Shown here piece by piece: positions 62,881 to 64,000 of a stretch of DNA of 64,000 nt. The notes under the pieces are model-generated. The model made no database searches. It was not told the origin of the DNA and saw only the letters and a program-made list of their open reading frames with translations. Numbering within the stretch: position 1 is the stretch's first letter; each line of letters begins with the position of its first letter. This DNA comes from Phycisphaerales bacterium. GTDB taxonomy: Bacteria > Planctomycetota > Phycisphaerae > Phycisphaerales > SM1A02. The position numbers were made by a program, and so were the translations under genes. The DNA is taken from the NCBI GenBank assembly GCA_009691785.1, contig SIAM01000006.1:1725-65724 (forward strand), in the 5' to 3' direction.

Positions 62881-64000
62881 ATGAATCCATTTCGTGCGAT
62901 CTCCGATTTATTTTCCAATGTGAAGTTTGGAATCACTCTGCTCACGCTCTTGTTCATCTATATGACAGTGGGCAGCGCCGGAATTGTCTATCCAATTCAT
63001 CCCAACTTATTCCACCCCGACGCATGGACGCACGCCATGTTGCGACAGTGGCGTCCATTTGAGTTGACGGAGTTCGAGTGGTTTCATTGGTGGCCATTCA
63101 TTGCATTAATGTCGCTGATCGCGGCCAACATTACTTGGACCACGCTGAGGCGAATTCCATTTCGTCCCGTGAACTTTGGCGTATGGATGATCCACTCCGG
63201 CATTCTCACATTGATCGCGGGCAGCCTGTGGTATTTCTCCACCAAGGTGGAGGGCGACGCACCAGTGTCGCGCCGTGAAGTGCTTTTGGAAATCACTTCA
63301 AGCGATGGCGCTAGCAAGGGTGTTGGAACAATCTTGGCGTCGCCTGGCAACCAAACACAAATTCAAGTTGGCGCGGAGTTGTGGACTGTGCAAGTGGCGT
63401 CGATTGATCCCAACTGGAAAATGCAAACGGCGGACGCCTTGGGTGAAAGCGCTTACAGCATCATGTTGATGGTGGAGGGTCCGCGCCAGAAATTTATTCG
63501 CCAAGTGATCGCCGGTCGGCCCGACCTTGCGGAGGATTTGCTGTTCACTGGCAATGTGCAGAAGCCCGTGGAAAGAGCTGTTAAAGCCAAAGGAACCGCC
63601 ATTGTGGAGCCGCTCTTTATGGCGCGCGTGGAGTACGCCAGCCAACATTGGTTTTATCTCAAAAACGATTTGCAAAAATCGTGGGCGTTGTATGTGCGCA
63701 AGCCTGGTGACACCGCATGGACCGAACGCCCCATCAACGGACTTCCATTTTATAACGATTACATTTCCGACCGCGGGCACATTTTTTTCGCAGCCGTAGA
63801 TGAACCCATTGATCCAATCGATGTCTCCATTCCCGCCGTCGCGGCCAACGATCCATTTCCAAACATCACATTTTCAGCGACTGGTTACCTGCGCTACGCC
63901 GTGGAGCAAAGTCGCATAGCGCGAGGTCTCGCCGACAGTCCTCTGAATCCATCCATGCGCGTTCGTATTGAGTCCGCCACTGGAATCATTCGCGACTTCA
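62881..64000 (+). CDS. cytochrome c biogenesis protein ResB/Ccs1-like (N-terminal ~373 codons; runs off the window)
   Basis: I translated from ATG 62881 myself and it stays open to the window end (MNPFRAISDLFSNVKFGITLLTLLFIYMTVGS...). The second TM region WWPFIALMSLIAANITWTTLRR...WMIHSGILTLIAGS resembles ResB. It is absent from the ORF track because it has no stop. Confidence 0.6.
   Translation, partial: MNPFRAISDLFSNVKFGITLLTLLFIYMTVGSAGIVYPIHPNLFHPDAWTHAMLRQWRPFELTEFEWFHWWPFIALMSLIAANITWTTLRRIPFRPVNFGVWMIHSGILTLIAGSLWYFSTKVEGDAPVSRREVLLEITSSDGASKGVGTILASPGNQTQIQVGAELWTVQVASIDPNWKMQTADALGESAYSIMLMVEGPRQKFIRQVIAGRPDLAEDLLFTGNVQKPVERAVKAKGTAIVEPLFMARVEYASQHWFYLKNDLQKSWALYVRKPGDTAWTERPINGLPFYNDYISDRGHIFFAAVDEPIDPIDVSIPAVAANDPFPNITFSATGYLRYAVEQSRIARGLADSPLNPSMRVRIESATGIIRDF

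Overview
This 64 kb window is a chromosomal, mostly housekeeping segment. Several family signatures point to a PVC-superphylum (Planctomycetota-like) bacterium. These are a DUF1559 pseudopilin with an H-X9-DG motif, a DUF1800/DUF1501 pair, Tat-signal TIM-barrel enzymes, an M1 aminopeptidase with a HEAT tail, dockerin-like C-terminal repeats and a fragmented dcw cluster. I can support about 55 protein-coding genes, two of which run off the window edges and are absent from the ORF track. I can also support 5 tRNA genes (Phe-GAA, His-GTG, Thr-CGT, Arg-CCT, Met-CAT), two bidirectional rho-independent terminators and several tandem or inverted repeats. Recognisable genes are pckA, threonine dehydratase, nadE, mutL, tdh-kbl, an mrp/apbC-type gene, trmL, pyrG, pepN-like, kdsB, def-fmt, queA, murE-murF-mraY, ychF, a bPBP-SEDS pair, rsmG, dinG-like and ligA. 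I found no rRNA, CRISPR array, transposase, integrase or recognisable defence genes, and no clear-cut novel multi-gene system. The best candidates for a second look are listed here. (1) An 18-bp x 11 tandem array fills the pckA-threonine dehydratase spacer exactly and forms a repeat-encoded upstream ORF joined to both genes by 4-nt stop/start overlaps. (2) A 741-aa secreted protein carries internal Trp repeats and a GG[VI]/NRDQ low-complexity tail. (3) A co-directional cluster encodes a DUF4442-like protein, a Trp-rich membrane protein, DUF1800 and DUF1501. (4) An orphan PqiA lies divergent from an orphan NodT outer-membrane factor. (5) An operon-like trio encodes a dockerin-like protein, DUF1559 and a Bfd-like protein, beside a large repeat-bearing divergent control region. 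(6) There is a Cys-less FmdB-like protein. All functional calls come from motif recognition by eye; no database search was run.
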